Numbered from the stretch's first letter, positions 14,831 through 28,810 are shown. The stretch: DNA of 64,000 nucleotides from Octopus sinensis (GCF_006345805.1 NC_043003.1:117366001-117430000), one strand, 5' to 3'. Notes: generated by a model not told the origin, from the letters alone. A program made the numbers and translations.

Positions 14831-15763
14831 CAAGCAGCTTACTGACCTTGTACCACAATCAGAAATAATTAATATGATACGACTAGAGAGGTTGATTGAG
14901 GTAACTGTACCCCTATCCCTGAAAAACTGTGGTCTCCAGTCAATATAAAAATGGATTGCAACAAAAGAGAGGAAGATGTAGACTTGCAGCAGGCTGTACT
15001 GCAATGCGGTTTCAATCCTTACAATAAGACCACTTATGCTACTACTCATAGCCGTATTTAAACATGAAGATGACAGATGATTCACAGCAACGGAAGGAGG
15101 CTGGATGAAATATCCTTAAATATTTAAATCTCTCCCTAAATCATCTGCTTTTAAATCTTTCTGGTTGAGGGAGTAAGTAATATGTCTGTAATAGCTGGAT
15201 ATATTCAATTAGCCACTTATTGGTTAATTATGTTGTCGGGTGGACAGTGTTGATACTACATAGGACAAACACTCTTCGAGACATTACTTTTGGGGGTCCC
15301 TATATGTTCTGAGCTCAAATGCCACCGAGGTTGGCTTTTCCTTCCATCAGTTTTCCGTTCATAAAACAAAGGACCTATTGAACTCGATGTAGTCAACTTC
15401 ACCACTCCCTCCAAAATGGCCGGCTTTCGGCCAAAATTAGAAAGGATTTGAGTTAATCCCTGCCTGTTTCTACTCAAGCAAGATATGAAATATACAATAT
15501 GTCCTAAGTGTTTAAAGAAAACAAAAAGGGAGATAACCAAGGGAAAATGCCAATAATCAGACAGGAGATATGTAGCTTTAAAAAATTTAGCCATTGTATG
15601 GTAAAGATAAAGACAAATGGGAAGCTCACATGCACACACACATACACACATATGCACACACATACACACACTCACACGCATATAGATAGAGAGAGAGAGA
15701 GGCAGACAGACAGACAGGCAGACAGGCAGAAGACAGACAGACAGACAGGCAGAAGACAGACAG

Positions 15764-15895
<132 letters not shown>

Positions 15896-16567
15896 GTTTA
15901 TTAGCTACACAGGGCCGAATACAGAGGGGCAAATACAATGTAGAGCTTTTCTTTTCGAAAATAAAAAAAAATTTAATTCCGATCAAAAGGGCTCGTGCAT
16001 CACAGAAAATATAAATGTAAAAATCAAATTAGGTTTATCCGTGGAAAAAAAAAAGCCAACAGAAAAGACCACAGTAACCTCAGGCTTTCGAATGACCCTA
16101 CCCCACTGGTTAGGCGAGCACGCCGAGAATTTTTTTCCCATGAGAGTTCCGGACCCCACTAATGCACTCATTTGCATACAGCCAACTAAAACTCACCTTG
16201 AAAATCCGCATACTGTGTGCTGCTACAGTAGAGCTAGTCGGGCATAGAACAGTGTATGCCACTCTGTGAGTACAGCATAGCAAGTCTCACATAAGCACCA
16301 CATCTCTCCCTCGACCATCCTCATAGATCAATTGACCACACGCTCTATATGGAGCTAACATTAGGTACCTATGCTCAGACTGAGATTAGCGATACGGCTT
16401 GTACCCATTGACTTATGCAAGGAGGGCGCAACACGACACAACGCCATATTGATTACGATGTTTGCAGATCAACATTTTAAATTAGGAATTACAAAATCAA
16501 TTAGGAAACTACACTCATTTACATTTTCTAGTAAATTACACAAATTAGCAACACTTTTGGCATCATC

Positions 16568-16897
16568 GGTGAGTTGTCTGAAACGTTAGCACGCCGAGCG
16601 AAAAACCTAGCAGTATTTCGTCCGTCTTTATGTTCTGAGCTCAAATTCTCCCGAGGTCGACTCTGCCTTTCAGCCTTTCGAGGTCGATAAATTAAGTACC
16701 AGTTGCGTACTGGAGTCGATCTAATCGACTGCCCCCTCCCCCCAAAAATTTCGAGCCTTGTGCCTAGAGAAGAAAAGAATATGAAACGAATGAGGCGGCG
16801 AACTGGTGGAATCGTTACCACGCGAGATACAATGCTTAGTGGTATTTCTCCTGGCCCTTTCCGTTCTGAGTTCAAATGCTACCGAGATTGAGTTCAT
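16568..16897 (+). repeat. Dispersed duplicate of 14470-14800 (SINE C dimer including its junction)
   Basis: The unique junction GAGAAGAAAAGAATATGAAACGA.TGAGGCGGCGAACTGG is shared. Confidence 0.85.
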
Positions 16898-17603
16898 TTG
16901 AACTCCATTCACTTTATGCACTGAATTTCACATTTCTCACCCCTGTTAACCCGTTTAGAACGGATTCTGCTATAACGCACATTTTCCACTGAACTCAACC
17001 AGACTATTTTCGTGACTAAGGGGACACTAGTTTGATAGTTGAGCTCTGATTGGCTGTATGCAAATGAGTTCATAACTGGGATTCAGGCCAACATCCCCCC
17101 TGGTCGGAAGGCTACTCCATCGCAGGGTCATCCCCATTTACAGCTAAGTGGACTGGGGCAGCATGAAATGAAATGTTTTGATGAATGACACGGTGTGTCA
17201 TCCGGTCCAGGAATCATCGAACCCATGGTCTAGCGATCGTGAGTCAATACCAAAACTACCAGACCCCGTACCTCCCCTACATATATGTAATGGAGGCGTG
17301 GGGTCTGCAACAATCCACCAATTCACCATCCTCGGCTGGCACTTCCTTTATTGACCCTGAAATAATGAAAACAAAATTTTGACTTTTGTCGGATTTGAAC
17401 TCAGCCTAAACAAGTTACAAGGCATTCTATCTGACGCGCTTATGACTCAGTATACTTGTGTATTTACAAAGGCGTGCATACATGCATAAGCATATGTTTG
17501 TGTGAGTGTATGTATGTTTGTGTGTATATATGTGTGTGTATGTATATATATATGTATATATATATATATTATATATATATATTATATATATATATATGAA
17601 TGT

Positions 17604-17638
<35 letters not shown>

Positions 17639-17661
17639 GAATGTATATATATATATATACA

Positions 17662-17699
<38 letters not shown>

Positions 17700-18463
17700 T
17701 GTATATATATATATATATATATATGAATGTATATATATATATATATATATATATTATTTAGATATACAACAGCAGCGTTGTGAGATGATAGAAGCTGCTC
17801 ATGACACGGTTGGATGTTTTGACGTGGTGTTTACTTTCTGATCGGTGACTTGAGAGAATCGATAAAAGCATCGAAAAAGATCATTCAGTATCGAAGTACA
17901 ATCCTATTGAGTCTGCTTTCAAATTCCAAGACGCTGCATTATGTGATCGAACCTTGGACTGCATGCTTGAGTGAGTCAGTCTTCTGAGCACTTCTTCATA
18001 AATATAAACACAGTCCTTATCAACCTGTACCAGCTAACATTGCGTGTGGAAATTGTTATTCCATGCGTGGCATCATCAGAATGAAAGCTAATAACAAAGA
18101 ACAAGACAGGGACTTAGCTAAATTTAATGATCGAATCTAATGTTGTAACTGTTTACTGCTTATCTGAATATATCGCTTCCAGACTACTTCGAAGTCACTA
18201 ACTGTGACGGCTAGAAGTCCTTTGATCATAGATCGGCTCGTTCATTGCACACTGGCGTTATGAAACATCCAAGTTGACACGTGGCCAAATATATTTCAAG
18301 GAGTGATATAACGGAATCAATCGATGACATCACAGGCTTCGTACTTACAAACTGTATCGGCTCAGATGGTCTTCACATGACATAAAGAAATAGTTGTTGT
18401 GTAACTACAAATAAAACCGTACTGAGACAACAACTGAGGAAAGCAAAACCTGACCAGCTCAAC

Positions 18464-18788
18464 TTATTTTTCAAGTACCTTCCGGAATATTCGAGCGGTT
18501 CCAAGCAGTGCTGTTTTCTACAAGTGCTCCACCCTTATTGCAGCCCCTATTTCTACTACGTACTTCTCGAGATTTTTGCTCACTGTTCCCATGGCTCCAA
18601 CAATTATTGGTACTACTGCTACCTTTTTCATCGACCACAACTGCTTAACTTCCCAAGCTAACCTGCCATATCTATCGACTTTTCCTTCTTCCTTATCGCA
18701 TACATTGTTGTCAGCTGGGCATGCTATATCTTATGATCCAACATAGTTTGTTTTCTTTCCCAATTAAGACTATGTCTGGCTTCCTATC
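18464..18788 (-). pseudogene. RLE-type LINE 3' fragment (same family as 49500-50037)
   Basis: Minus strand RKPDIVLI..., WEVKQLWSMKKVAVVPIIVGAMGTV, LLGTARIFRKVLE. Confidence 0.8.
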
Positions 18789-19671
18789 TTGTGCGATATT
18801 ATATGTCTGTGTGTATGGAGTTGCAATAGTTGTGATCTTTGGATGGTTATGATCTTGAAATTACAAATAAAGAATGGTTAATATCAGGTGCATTTGTGAG
18901 TGTGCGGTTAGGAAACTCTCTTTGTGACCCTATGGTCTTGGATTTCGTTCCACTGCGCGGCACCTTGAGTCGTGTCCGGAAAATTAGCCCGATAAGAAAA
19001 TTCGCCGTTAGACAAATTCGACTATGGACAGTGATAAAGCACATTATTGCATCTGAAATATAACCTCCTTTCTTGGTGGAGGTAATAACAAAAGGTTTTA
19101 TAAAAGCATTAAATAGACAAGTCTTTATTCAACGTCAAACAATAAAAACACGTGATCGTGTCATTTACAACGAAAATTCTTGCGGCGAATTTTCCAATGG
19201 CAAAAATGTTTTCAATGAAAATTCTTGTGACTCCTTGGGGTTTGAGCTGGAGCCTAATGCCAAGTTGTTGTAAAGTGAACATCTTAATTACGCAGCCAAA
19301 TTATTTGTTGAGTTCATAGAACTTAAAATTCCTTTTGAATTTTCTTCTATCAGCCGTAATGCTGTTGAGAGGGATGTTTTGGTACTTCCTAAAGACAGTC
19401 CATGTTTTCAACATTTGACCAACTCACAAAGTCCTCAGGAGGCGAGATTTTAACACGCAGAGCTGAGGCCGAAACAGAGGCAGCAAACCATTTCGCGTGG
19501 CTCTGTAACAATCCACCGATTCACCATCCTCGGCTGGCACTTTCTTTATTGACCCTGAGAAAAAATGAAAATAAAGTTTTGACTTTTGTCGGATTTGAAC
19601 TCAGCTAAGAGAAGTTACAAGGCATTATATCTGAGGTGCTAATGACTCGGCCGACTTGTGTATTTACAAAG

Positions 19672-19710
19672 GCATACATACATACATACATACATACATA
19701 CATACATACA

Positions 19711-19741
<31 letters not shown>

Positions 19742-20068
19742 GGACATACATACATATGGACGTACATATACGCTCATACACATACATACATATATACATA
19801 CATGCATACATACATGCATACATACATACATACGGACATATATATACTCTCATACACATACATTCATACATATGGACATACATATACACTCATACACATA
19901 CATACATACATGTACACACATACATGCGTGCATACATACGGGCATACATATACATACATACATACATACATACATACATACATACATACATACATACATA
20001 CATACATACTTACATACATGCACACACACTTACATGCGTGCATACATACGGACATACATATACATACA

Positions 20069-20100
<32 letters not shown>
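19672..20100. repeat. Degenerate (TACA)n tract
   Basis: Direct inspection. Confidence 0.9.
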
Positions 20101-20703
20101 ACACACATATGTGGCTGCGTTTAATTGGATGCATATATATATTATGTATGCATGTATGTATACTTATTTGTGTGTGCGAGTGTGTGAGTGTATGTGTGTG
20201 TATGTGTGTGTGTATCAATGTGTGAGTGTGTGTATCTAGCGACTTGGTATTCGTAAATACCGGATAATAGAAGGTTACGATTTTTCCACTTGAGAATAAA
20301 TCGATCTCTGTGTTTTTACAGATTAATGCACGACTGGTGTGAGGTGTCTCGGTTGCGTATAACTGACGCCTGTGTAATATCTGTTCAATGGTGCTATTGG
20401 ATGAGACAATAGGACCAGCTCCTGCATGTCAACATAAATCGACGTATATGGTTACAGAAGTGCTGCTCGGTTAGTTTGAAGTGACGACGTTGCATACAAA
20501 TGGCGGAGGCTGTGATGACGACTATAAAGGAATGGGATGTGTTATCATGAAGGTGGGAGTCAGTGTGGTTAGTGGTACGAATGATGGAATGCTGATGCTG
20601 TTAGTGAACCCTGGATTATAGAATCAAGAGAATCGTTCCAAAACTGTGATCTGAAAGGATAAATTCAATATAAAGCCAAGCAATTTTTGAAAGAAGTTAG
20701 CAT

Positions 20704-21082
20704 TCGCACAGGCTTGGTCGTGTGGTTAAGAACCTCACTTTCCAACCACGTAGCTTTGAGTTCAATTCCACTGCTCGGCACCTTGGACAAATGTCTTTTA
20801 CTATTGCTCCCGACCGATCAATACCTGTGGATAAATTTAATAGATGGAAACTGTGAGCGTGTCTTTTTGTCTATGCTTGTCTCTCCCCCGCCGCCCACCA
20901 TCGCCTGTCAATCGGTGTTAGTTTGCTTATGTCCCATAAACCAGCAGTTCGAAAAATGCAACCGATAGAATCAGTGATAGACTTTTAAAACAATAAGTAC
21001 AGGCGTCGATCTGCACCACTAAAAGTTCCTTGAAGTTAGTGCACCAGCATGGCCGCTGCACAATGCCTGAAAGATAAAGCCT
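20704..21082 (+). mobile_element. SINE family A, diverged
   Basis: GGTCGTGTGGTTAAG...GAGTTCAATTCC...CACCTTGGACAAATGTCTT...GCACCAGCATGGCCGC. Confidence 0.65.
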
Positions 21083-21154
21083 TGACTCTCCATACAGACT
21101 TTTGAATAATATTTAGGACTATAATTATCTGATGTGCTCTTCTTGTTTTTAAGA

Positions 21155-21522
21155 AGGTTGAGAGGCGGTTGGATGGAACCTACACTCTCCTCCTTATGAG
21201 AGCTCAAAATCTCTTGTGGAAGCGTCATCCAACCAAAGTACAAATATATGGGAAACTACCACCTGTGTCATCTCTTGTGAAAGGTAGGAGAGTCCAGTTT
21301 GCTGGACATTGTTGTAGAGCTGAAAACGAGGTAATTTCTACTCTTCTCCTCTGGAAGCCATCCGCTCGCGATACCAGAGGGCGCACACTCCCCTACCCAG
21401 ATGTAATCTCCAGGGATACAGGCATCCAACAACAGGACCTCCGTAATGCTATGATGGACCGTGAAGTCTGGCGTAACATAGTAAATTCCATTGTCTCGAC
21501 CACGGTCGAACGATGATGATGA
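21155..21522 (+). pseudogene. 5'-truncated RTE-like LINE 3' end with (GAT)n tail and 11-bp TSD
   Basis: LDGTYTLLLMRAQN..W...RRVQFAGHCCR...LLWKP...MMDREVWR; TSD TGTTTTTAAGA at 21144-21154 and 21523-21533. Confidence 0.85.
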
Positions 21523-21989
21523 TGTTTTTAAGATGCTAGAACAGAATTTGGATGAAGAATCGGGTGCTAGATCTCAAAATCCGAATGAACAAATAGAAAT
21601 CTTCCATTGTTAATATATAGAAGTGGGAGAGGGTTTTCTGTTTTTTATGAGATTCATATATTTCTAGAGTAAAATGTGTCACGGAGACGATTCAAAGGGA
21701 AGCCGAAACCCCGACGCAAATTATTCATCGCGGAACCGACACAATTGTATCACATCGCTTTCTATTTTAGTGAAAATATTGTAAATATTATGAGAGACGA
21801 CGGAAAGAAGAATGACAGAGGGAGAGAGAGAGAGAGAGCAATATTCAATTCGAATTTTAAAAGGATGGAGAGTAAAAGAAGAGATTAGGAGAGGCGTAGG
21901 ATGGGAAGAGGGTGAGAGAGAATGCAATGGCGGAAAATCCATGTGGCTTTTACTTGTTTAGTGTTGTTGATCTGCATGTGTTTTCGTAT

Positions 21990-22234
21990 GTTTGATGTAT
22001 ACATGTACATGTATACATGTGCATGTGCGGATGTGGTCTTTCACAGCATATTTTTATACGCTCATGTGTCGTCCATACATGGGAGCGATATGCACACATA
22101 TATTATTATACACACGCACACACACACATACACACATACACACACACACATATATACATATATATATGCATACTATATATATACACGTACATGCATTCAT
22201 ATACATGCATACTCATATATATATATACATATAC

Positions 22235-22304
<70 letters not shown>

Positions 22305-22764
22305 TATATACATATAATACATGTATGCATGTATGTGCGTGTGTACACATGTCTGTATGTATCAACGCATGGATGGATGAATGGATGGATGGATAAAATA
22401 TATATACGTATATATATACGCATAAATGTCTGTATGTGCGTTTGTGTGTGTATATGTAGATGTACCTATGTGTGTGTATATGTAGATGTACCTATGTGTG
22501 TATATGTACGTACCTGAGTCGGGATGAGAAGCAATTAAAATGCTGCAAACGTTTGATTGAAACTATCCACAGACACCACGATACACCACGATACACACGC
22601 ACGCAGTCACACATATACAAAGACACGCACAAATACTCACAGACACACGCATATAGGACCTGCAAAAAGTATAAGCATACACATATATACACCTACACAT
22701 ATACACAAGCGCCATTACCTGTGTACATATACGTATGTATGTATGTACGTGAATATATATATAG

Positions 22765-22799
<35 letters not shown>

Positions 22800-22813
22800 A
22801 GTAATAGCGCTTG

Positions 22814-22861
<48 letters not shown>

Positions 22862-23290
22862 CATATATATATATGTATATATATGTATATATGTGTCTAT
22901 ACATATATATACATATATATGTACATATATATATACACATATATACACACATATCTACATCTATTTATGCATTTATATATATATATATATATGGGTATGT
23001 ATGTATATATGGGACTATGTACATGTGTGTGTGTGTCAGTTAGTGTATGCTTATGTATGTGTGTGTGTGTGTGTATGTACGTATATACACGTACAGGTAT
23101 ATGTATGTATATACACTAATAAATTACACACTAGTAGCACATAGTTGAGATATTCACAAACACATACACGCGCACACACACATGTCAGTAATAAATGTAC
23201 ACACACACACACACATACACACACACAAAGACACACACACTCACACAAAGACACACACTCACACGCTTACCAAACCAACACACAAACATA
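21990..23290. repeat. Compound (TA)/(CA)/(TG) low-complexity region
   Basis: Direct inspection. Confidence 0.9.
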
Positions 23291-24720
23291 CATATCAAAG
23301 ACAGAAACACAGAGGAAAAACTGCATCAATACATTTATAAGGAAATACAATTATAGTGTTGAAATTGCCACAGTTTTGCACGTGATAATCTCCATCAATT
23401 TTTAATTTCTCTTTGTGAAGTGGATGATGGGAATAATTTTCACTGTAATAAATCCTGCTTTGAAGTTTCCAACAGCCTCTGCTCCCACATTCCACCCAGG
23501 AAAAGCGAATTATTTCCCAGTCAGTTATAATTGTTTCTTGCACATGCAGAAAACCAGTTAGCTTTTACGAGTTAAAAAAAAAAATAAAGCTGTCATATAA
23601 AGCATTTCAAAGAATTTGGTGTCTCACGATAGACATGATGCTGTGTTGCCTATCACCAGGTCAGCCCTAATGGAGTAGACCTATGCTAGGTAAAAACTCG
23701 GTCAGCCGATTCTATGCCATTTCAGACAGCATATATTGTGACAGGTGTATCACAGCTCTCCCAACAAGTAGGTAACATCGTATTTCGGAGCAAGCAAGCG
23801 TATACACTGCTTTCAAATTTTTGTAGAAGGCCAGCAAGTTCAGGGTGTGGGTAAGTCAATTACATCGACCCACCCCCCAATGCTTAAACGGTACTTAATT
23901 TATCGACCCCGGAAGGCTAAAAGATAAAGTCGATCCCGGGGTAATTTGAACTCAGAACGTAAAGACAGACGAAAAGCCGCTAAGCATTTCGCGTGCTAAC
24001 GATTCTGCTAGCTTACCGCCATTACCAAGCGCATATGTTGAGGTATCAGGTGCCGCGTCGCATTACAAGGATGTTGCCCTTTTTTCCAGTTTCCAATCTG
24101 CTGTTTAATGTTACTTGTTATTGATTAGGATCAAGTCAAAACCGCCGTACCAACCGTGACTATCCCGTCTTTTCCTTTAGATATCTAGAACTCTATTACC
24201 TAATAGACGTTTTTTTTATTAATTTTAAGGTGAGGGTTTTCTATGAGTAACATTTGTTTGCTGTTTCTAGCAGTCTGATCGACTACTACGTGACTCCCAC
24301 GCTGGCTCATTTGTGTAAAAGCAAACCTTAATGCTAAACACACAGGTTTCAGGCAATGGTAGTCTCGCTTGGGGCACATTATCATTTCTCTTCTGCGCTG
24401 ATCAATCGTAGCCGACATCCAGTCAAATTGGTTTATTTCCGGTTCTATTTTCGAAGCAGCTAGGTTCAGCCTCTGATATCTACCTTACAATGTCGTTCTA
24501 AAAATAAACGATCCCATCATTGAAATCTTGAAGCCACGGGATACAGAATGGTTGACTCAAAAACAATGGGATTAAATTAGAATTATATTAAACAGAGTGA
24601 TCTGAATGCTAAATGGTTAGATCTGTACTATTTTGGTCGTAACTCATCGGGATAATTATGCTATGTAAGCCTTAGTCTTGGTCAAACAAACCTGTGGCAG
24701 GAAACTAGACAACCGAATAC

Positions 24721-25028
24721 CACTATGTAGTGGTTAAGAGTGCGGGCTACTAACCCCAAGATTCTGAGTTCGATTCCAGGCAATGACCTGAATAATTATA
24801 ATAATAATAATAACAATAATAATAATAATAATAACAAAAACATCGAAAAATACCTTAGGAATGAGAAACCAGGTTCAGAATTTCCCCCAAGACACCTGAT
24901 GAATGCTGGAGGGTATATCAGCCGAAACGTTGTGTTAACAACAAACAAGATGAGGATAAATATCTGTCGAATGTAAATAATGTAAATAATGTAAATAAAT
25001 CCTCATAGCTTAAATAAAGAACTGTATT
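24721..25028 (+). mobile_element. tRNA-headed SINE-like element with (AAT)n linker and internal hammerhead ribozyme
   Basis: TAGTGGTTAAG (A-box/D-arm-like), GGG-CTACTAA-CCC anticodon arm, GAGTTCGATTCC B box, then body shared with 10078-10233 and 8269-8355. Confidence 0.8.
24891..24936 (+). ncRNA. Minimal type-I hammerhead ribozyme
   Basis: Stem I GACAC/GTGTT, core CTGATGA, stem II GCTG/CAGC, GAAA, palindromic ACGT stem III, predicted cut after GTT (24931). Confidence 0.75.
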
Positions 25029-25379
25029 ACCTCGATAGATATTGTCCATAGATCCATTCTCCCATCTTTGAATAGCGCAAGGCCACATTTATTTTTTATT
25101 GTTGTAGAGTATCTCGTAGTAATTCGAACAGGTTACTCTCTCTCCTCTGCCAAGTATTGTATGTCTGTAGTTTCTGGTGGTGACCAAGGCGGATTTCATG
25201 TTTCGTTGCATTTATTCCGGGTAGTTTATATCTGAAAACAAACTTGCAGACTAATAAGATTCTTATTTTGTCTCTATTTATGGACATTTCTTTTATCCTC
25301 TGAGTTAATCTCGACTGAATGAGAGCGATAATGTTCTATGGAATTCTACCACACTTCTCCATCTATTTTTTACCCTTTA

Positions 25380-25560
25380 CAACCAGCCAGGAACAGTCTT
25401 CGCTACATTTGCGGTACCTGCCAGAGGGCGTGTTTGTCCAGGATAGGACTACACAGCCACAGCAGGAAATGTATCAGGACATGAAATGTAAGAGCCGGAC
25501 TAGACTACTTTATGCGCAACTCCATTGTCTCCCGAGACAAAAAGGATGCCAACCAATACA
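25380..25560 (+). pseudogene. RTE LINE extreme 3' end (C2H2 finger plus 3' UTR)
   Basis: YICGTCQRACLSRIGLHSHSRKC followed by TCCATTGTCTCCCGAGAC..GGATGCCAA. Confidence 0.75.
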
Positions 25561-25911
25561 ACTAATGTAGTTGTAGGGGACACCATTGTCACACTCGGCT
25601 GGTCTGGGTTTGGGGGGTTCGGAAACCCCATCCAACTTCAACTCCAACCGAAACCAATTTCTTCCGGGAAGAAAGAATAAAAGATTTTTTTTAATCGTCT
25701 CTTTTACTCGTCTGGTACTTTATCTATTGACTTTCCCGTCCCTCGAGAGATGGAAAAGCAAAGTGGGCGACAACAGGATTTGAACACTGAGAACGGGAAT
25801 GAATGCTGTAAGACATTCTATAAGACTACCTAAAACCCCTACGTCACTCTAAAGCTCTCAATCTCCCCCACACACAATGAAATATCACACATCACACACG
25901 ATATTATATTA

Positions 25912-26141
25912 TCTGTTTCTTTACTACCCACAAGGGGCTAAACACTGAGGGAAAAAACAAGGACAGACAAACAGATTAAGTCGATTACATCGACCCCAGT
26001 GTGTAACTGGTACTTAATTTATCGACCCCGAAAGGATGAAAGGCAAAGTTGACCTCGGCGGAATTTGAACTCAGAACGTAACGGCAGACGAAATACCGCT
26101 AAGCATTTCGCCCGGCGTGCTAACGTTTCTGCCAGCTCGCC
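25912..26141 (-). mobile_element. SINE family C (Meta-domain-like), full length
   Basis: Reverse complement of 37010-37236. Confidence 0.85.
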
Positions 26142-27600
26142 GTCATTATATTATTATATTATCCATGCACCGCAGCTTCAACGTTCACTCGGTTACCCCA
26201 TTACAGACAATCAATATCGCAAAACTGCATATTCCCATTGTTTGCAGTATTGCTCGCCATTGCGTCTTTGTATTCACTTGAGCTACAATGCAGTGCTGCC
26301 AATATTTTCCCGCTTTATAAGATAAACGACAGTAAATAACAGTGAAATTCAGTCGAAAAAGAAATTAATATCTACGATAATATATCATTATATATTACAA
26401 ACGTTAATTTCCTTCTAGAAAATAGAATTTTCTGTTTATTGTTAAACACGAAAACAACCAAAACAAAAGGATAGAATTTAAAACAGTGACTTTATTATAT
26501 ATTCAAACTAAACCATTTTTTTCTTCTTTTGTCGTTTGGTTCTGTTGTTCGTGTTTTTTTCTTTTATATTGTATTGCTGATTCAGAGGCAGCCAATTAAC
26601 TGAAATAGGTCGATCGCCAGACGGAAACGCTTTCCTTTAATTAGTTCGATCGCTTTACGTTACGTTTTCAAATTTAATCCGGATGGAGTGGGCTTCTATT
26701 CATTCTGGGTTTTTTATGAAATAAATAGCAGAACAGGATTAAGAGATTTCGTGCGGTACGAAAGAAAAGAATCATATTTGTGGCGGAGTGCAGTGGATTA
26801 GCAGAATCTGTAGATCTACAAAAAACAATGCTTTGCAATATATATTGTTGCTCTATGTTGCAAGTTCAAGCCACGACAGAGGCGTCTTCATCGATCATTC
26901 ATCTAAATACCGATCAAATACTGGGGACTGGGTGTTGATTTAATCTCCCTCTCTTTCGGGATTGGCGAAACATCGGGCGAAATTCCTTGCAGTTTTTATT
27001 ACAACGTATTTAATCTTTGAGTTCCAATGGCACCAATGTCAACTTTGGTTTCGATTCTTCCGCAGTGAACAGGAATATCGATTTAATCGACTCTCCATCT
27101 CTCAAAATATATTTGGCAGTTTGCCTTGCGGTAATGTTAGAAATCAGGAGAAATCCGAAGAAACCAGTAGGGTTTCATCGTCTGCGCATGACTGCCATTG
27201 TGTGGTTGTACAGTTGTGCTTGTGTAAGCAGGCGTGAACGAATGGCTAAGAAGATCCCTTAGCAAACCGAGGCCCTACGTTCGATCCCACTGCATGATAT
27301 AGCGGTAAGTATCTTTTACTACTGCCTCTATTCAATAAACAGTTTTAATGAATTAGGGAGGCGGCCAATGGTTAAAGGCCCTTCTGAAGGGTTGTAAATG
27401 TAATCCAAAGAGCCAATCTTTTATAAAGACAGGCTGATTCTGCCTGAGATATACCTGACTGTGAAATTATTCGACTAATTATTCGTCAATTTAATGAGTA
27501 ACTCATTCTGTCGACCTGGCCTAACCTGACGTGGCTCTCCGGTGGTTATGATGACGAGTGTTCCAGTTGATTAGATCAACCGAACAGCCTGCTCGTGAAA

Positions 27601-28018
27601 TTTATTTCTTTATTACCCACAAGGGGCTAAACATAGAGGGGACAAACAAGGACAGACAAACGGATTGAGTCGATTACATCGACACCACTGTGTAGCTTGT
27701 ACTTAATTTATCGACCTTGAAAGGATAAAAGGCAAAGCTGACCTCGGCGGAACTTGAAATCAGAACGTAACGGCAGACAAAATACCTATTTCTTTACTCC
27801 CCACAAGGGGCCAAACACAGAGAGGTCAAACAAGGACAGACAAACGGATTAAGTCGATTATATCGACCCCCGTGCGTAACTGGTACTTATTTACTCGACT
27901 CCGAAAGGATGAAAGGCAAAGTCGACCTTGGCGGAAATTGAACTCAGAACGTAGCGACAGACGAAATACCACTTAGCATTTCGCCCGACATGCTAATGAT
28001 CATGCAAGCTTGCCGCCG
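27601..28018 (-). mobile_element. SINE C with duplicated 3' part, nested in a diverged family-B-tail SINE (27530-28200)
   Basis: The host motif AACAGCCTGCTCGTGAAATT | GCAAGTGGCTGAG.ACTCCACAGACAC is split around the insert. Confidence 0.8.
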
Positions 28019-28435
28019 CAAGTGGCTGAGTACTCCACAGACACACCTACACTTAACGTAGTTCACAAGAAGATTGAGCGTGACGCAGAATGTTACAGGA
28101 CTGGCTGGCCCCTTTGAAATACGGGTAGAACTGATTTTTGCCAGCAGAGAAGACTGGAGTAACGTGAAACAAGGCGTTCGAGCCAGGCGCCTTCACTTGC
28201 AAACAATTGTACTGCGCAGCGTAGAAACTAGCTTGTCAACAGTTGTAGGTTCGAATCCCACGGGTAGGCTTCGACATTTTCCAAAAAGTTTTCCACCCAA
28301 TATTTACTTGGTATTATTTATTTATAGCTTTATGTGTGCTTCGAGATCCACTATTCCAAACAAAAAAAAAAAACAATCATTTCACGTTCTCCCGAAAATA
28401 TTTTAGGATTCTTATGACGTCAGCAATATTCTTTG

Positions 28436-28810
28436 ATTCTTTTATCCGCTTGTTTCAGTCATTTGACTGTGGCCATGGTGGAGCACCACTTTTTAATTGA
28501 ACAAATCGACCCCAGAACTTATTCTTTGTAAGCCTAGTACTTATTTTATCGGTGTCTTTTGCCGAGGTGCTAAATTACGGGGACGTAAGCACACCAGCAT
28601 CGGTTGTCAAGCGATGGTGGGAGACAAACACAGGCTCACAAACACAGATATATATGACGGGCTTCTTTGAGTTTCCGACTACCAAACCCACTCACAAGGC
28701 TTTAGTTGGCCCGCGGCTATAGCAGAAGACACTTGCCAAATGTGCCACGCTGTGAGACTGAACCTGGAACCATGTGGTAGGAAAGCAAGCTTCTTACCAC
28801 AGAGCCACTC
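28436..28810 (-). mobile_element. SINE family A, full length
   Basis: Homologous to 1561-2000. Confidence 0.85.

Noticed and set aside
28210-28268. tRNA gene (GGTTCGAATCCC B box)
   Set aside because: There is no convincing cloverleaf or A box; it is probably a decayed SINE head. The SINE heads elsewhere were likewise not called as tRNAs.
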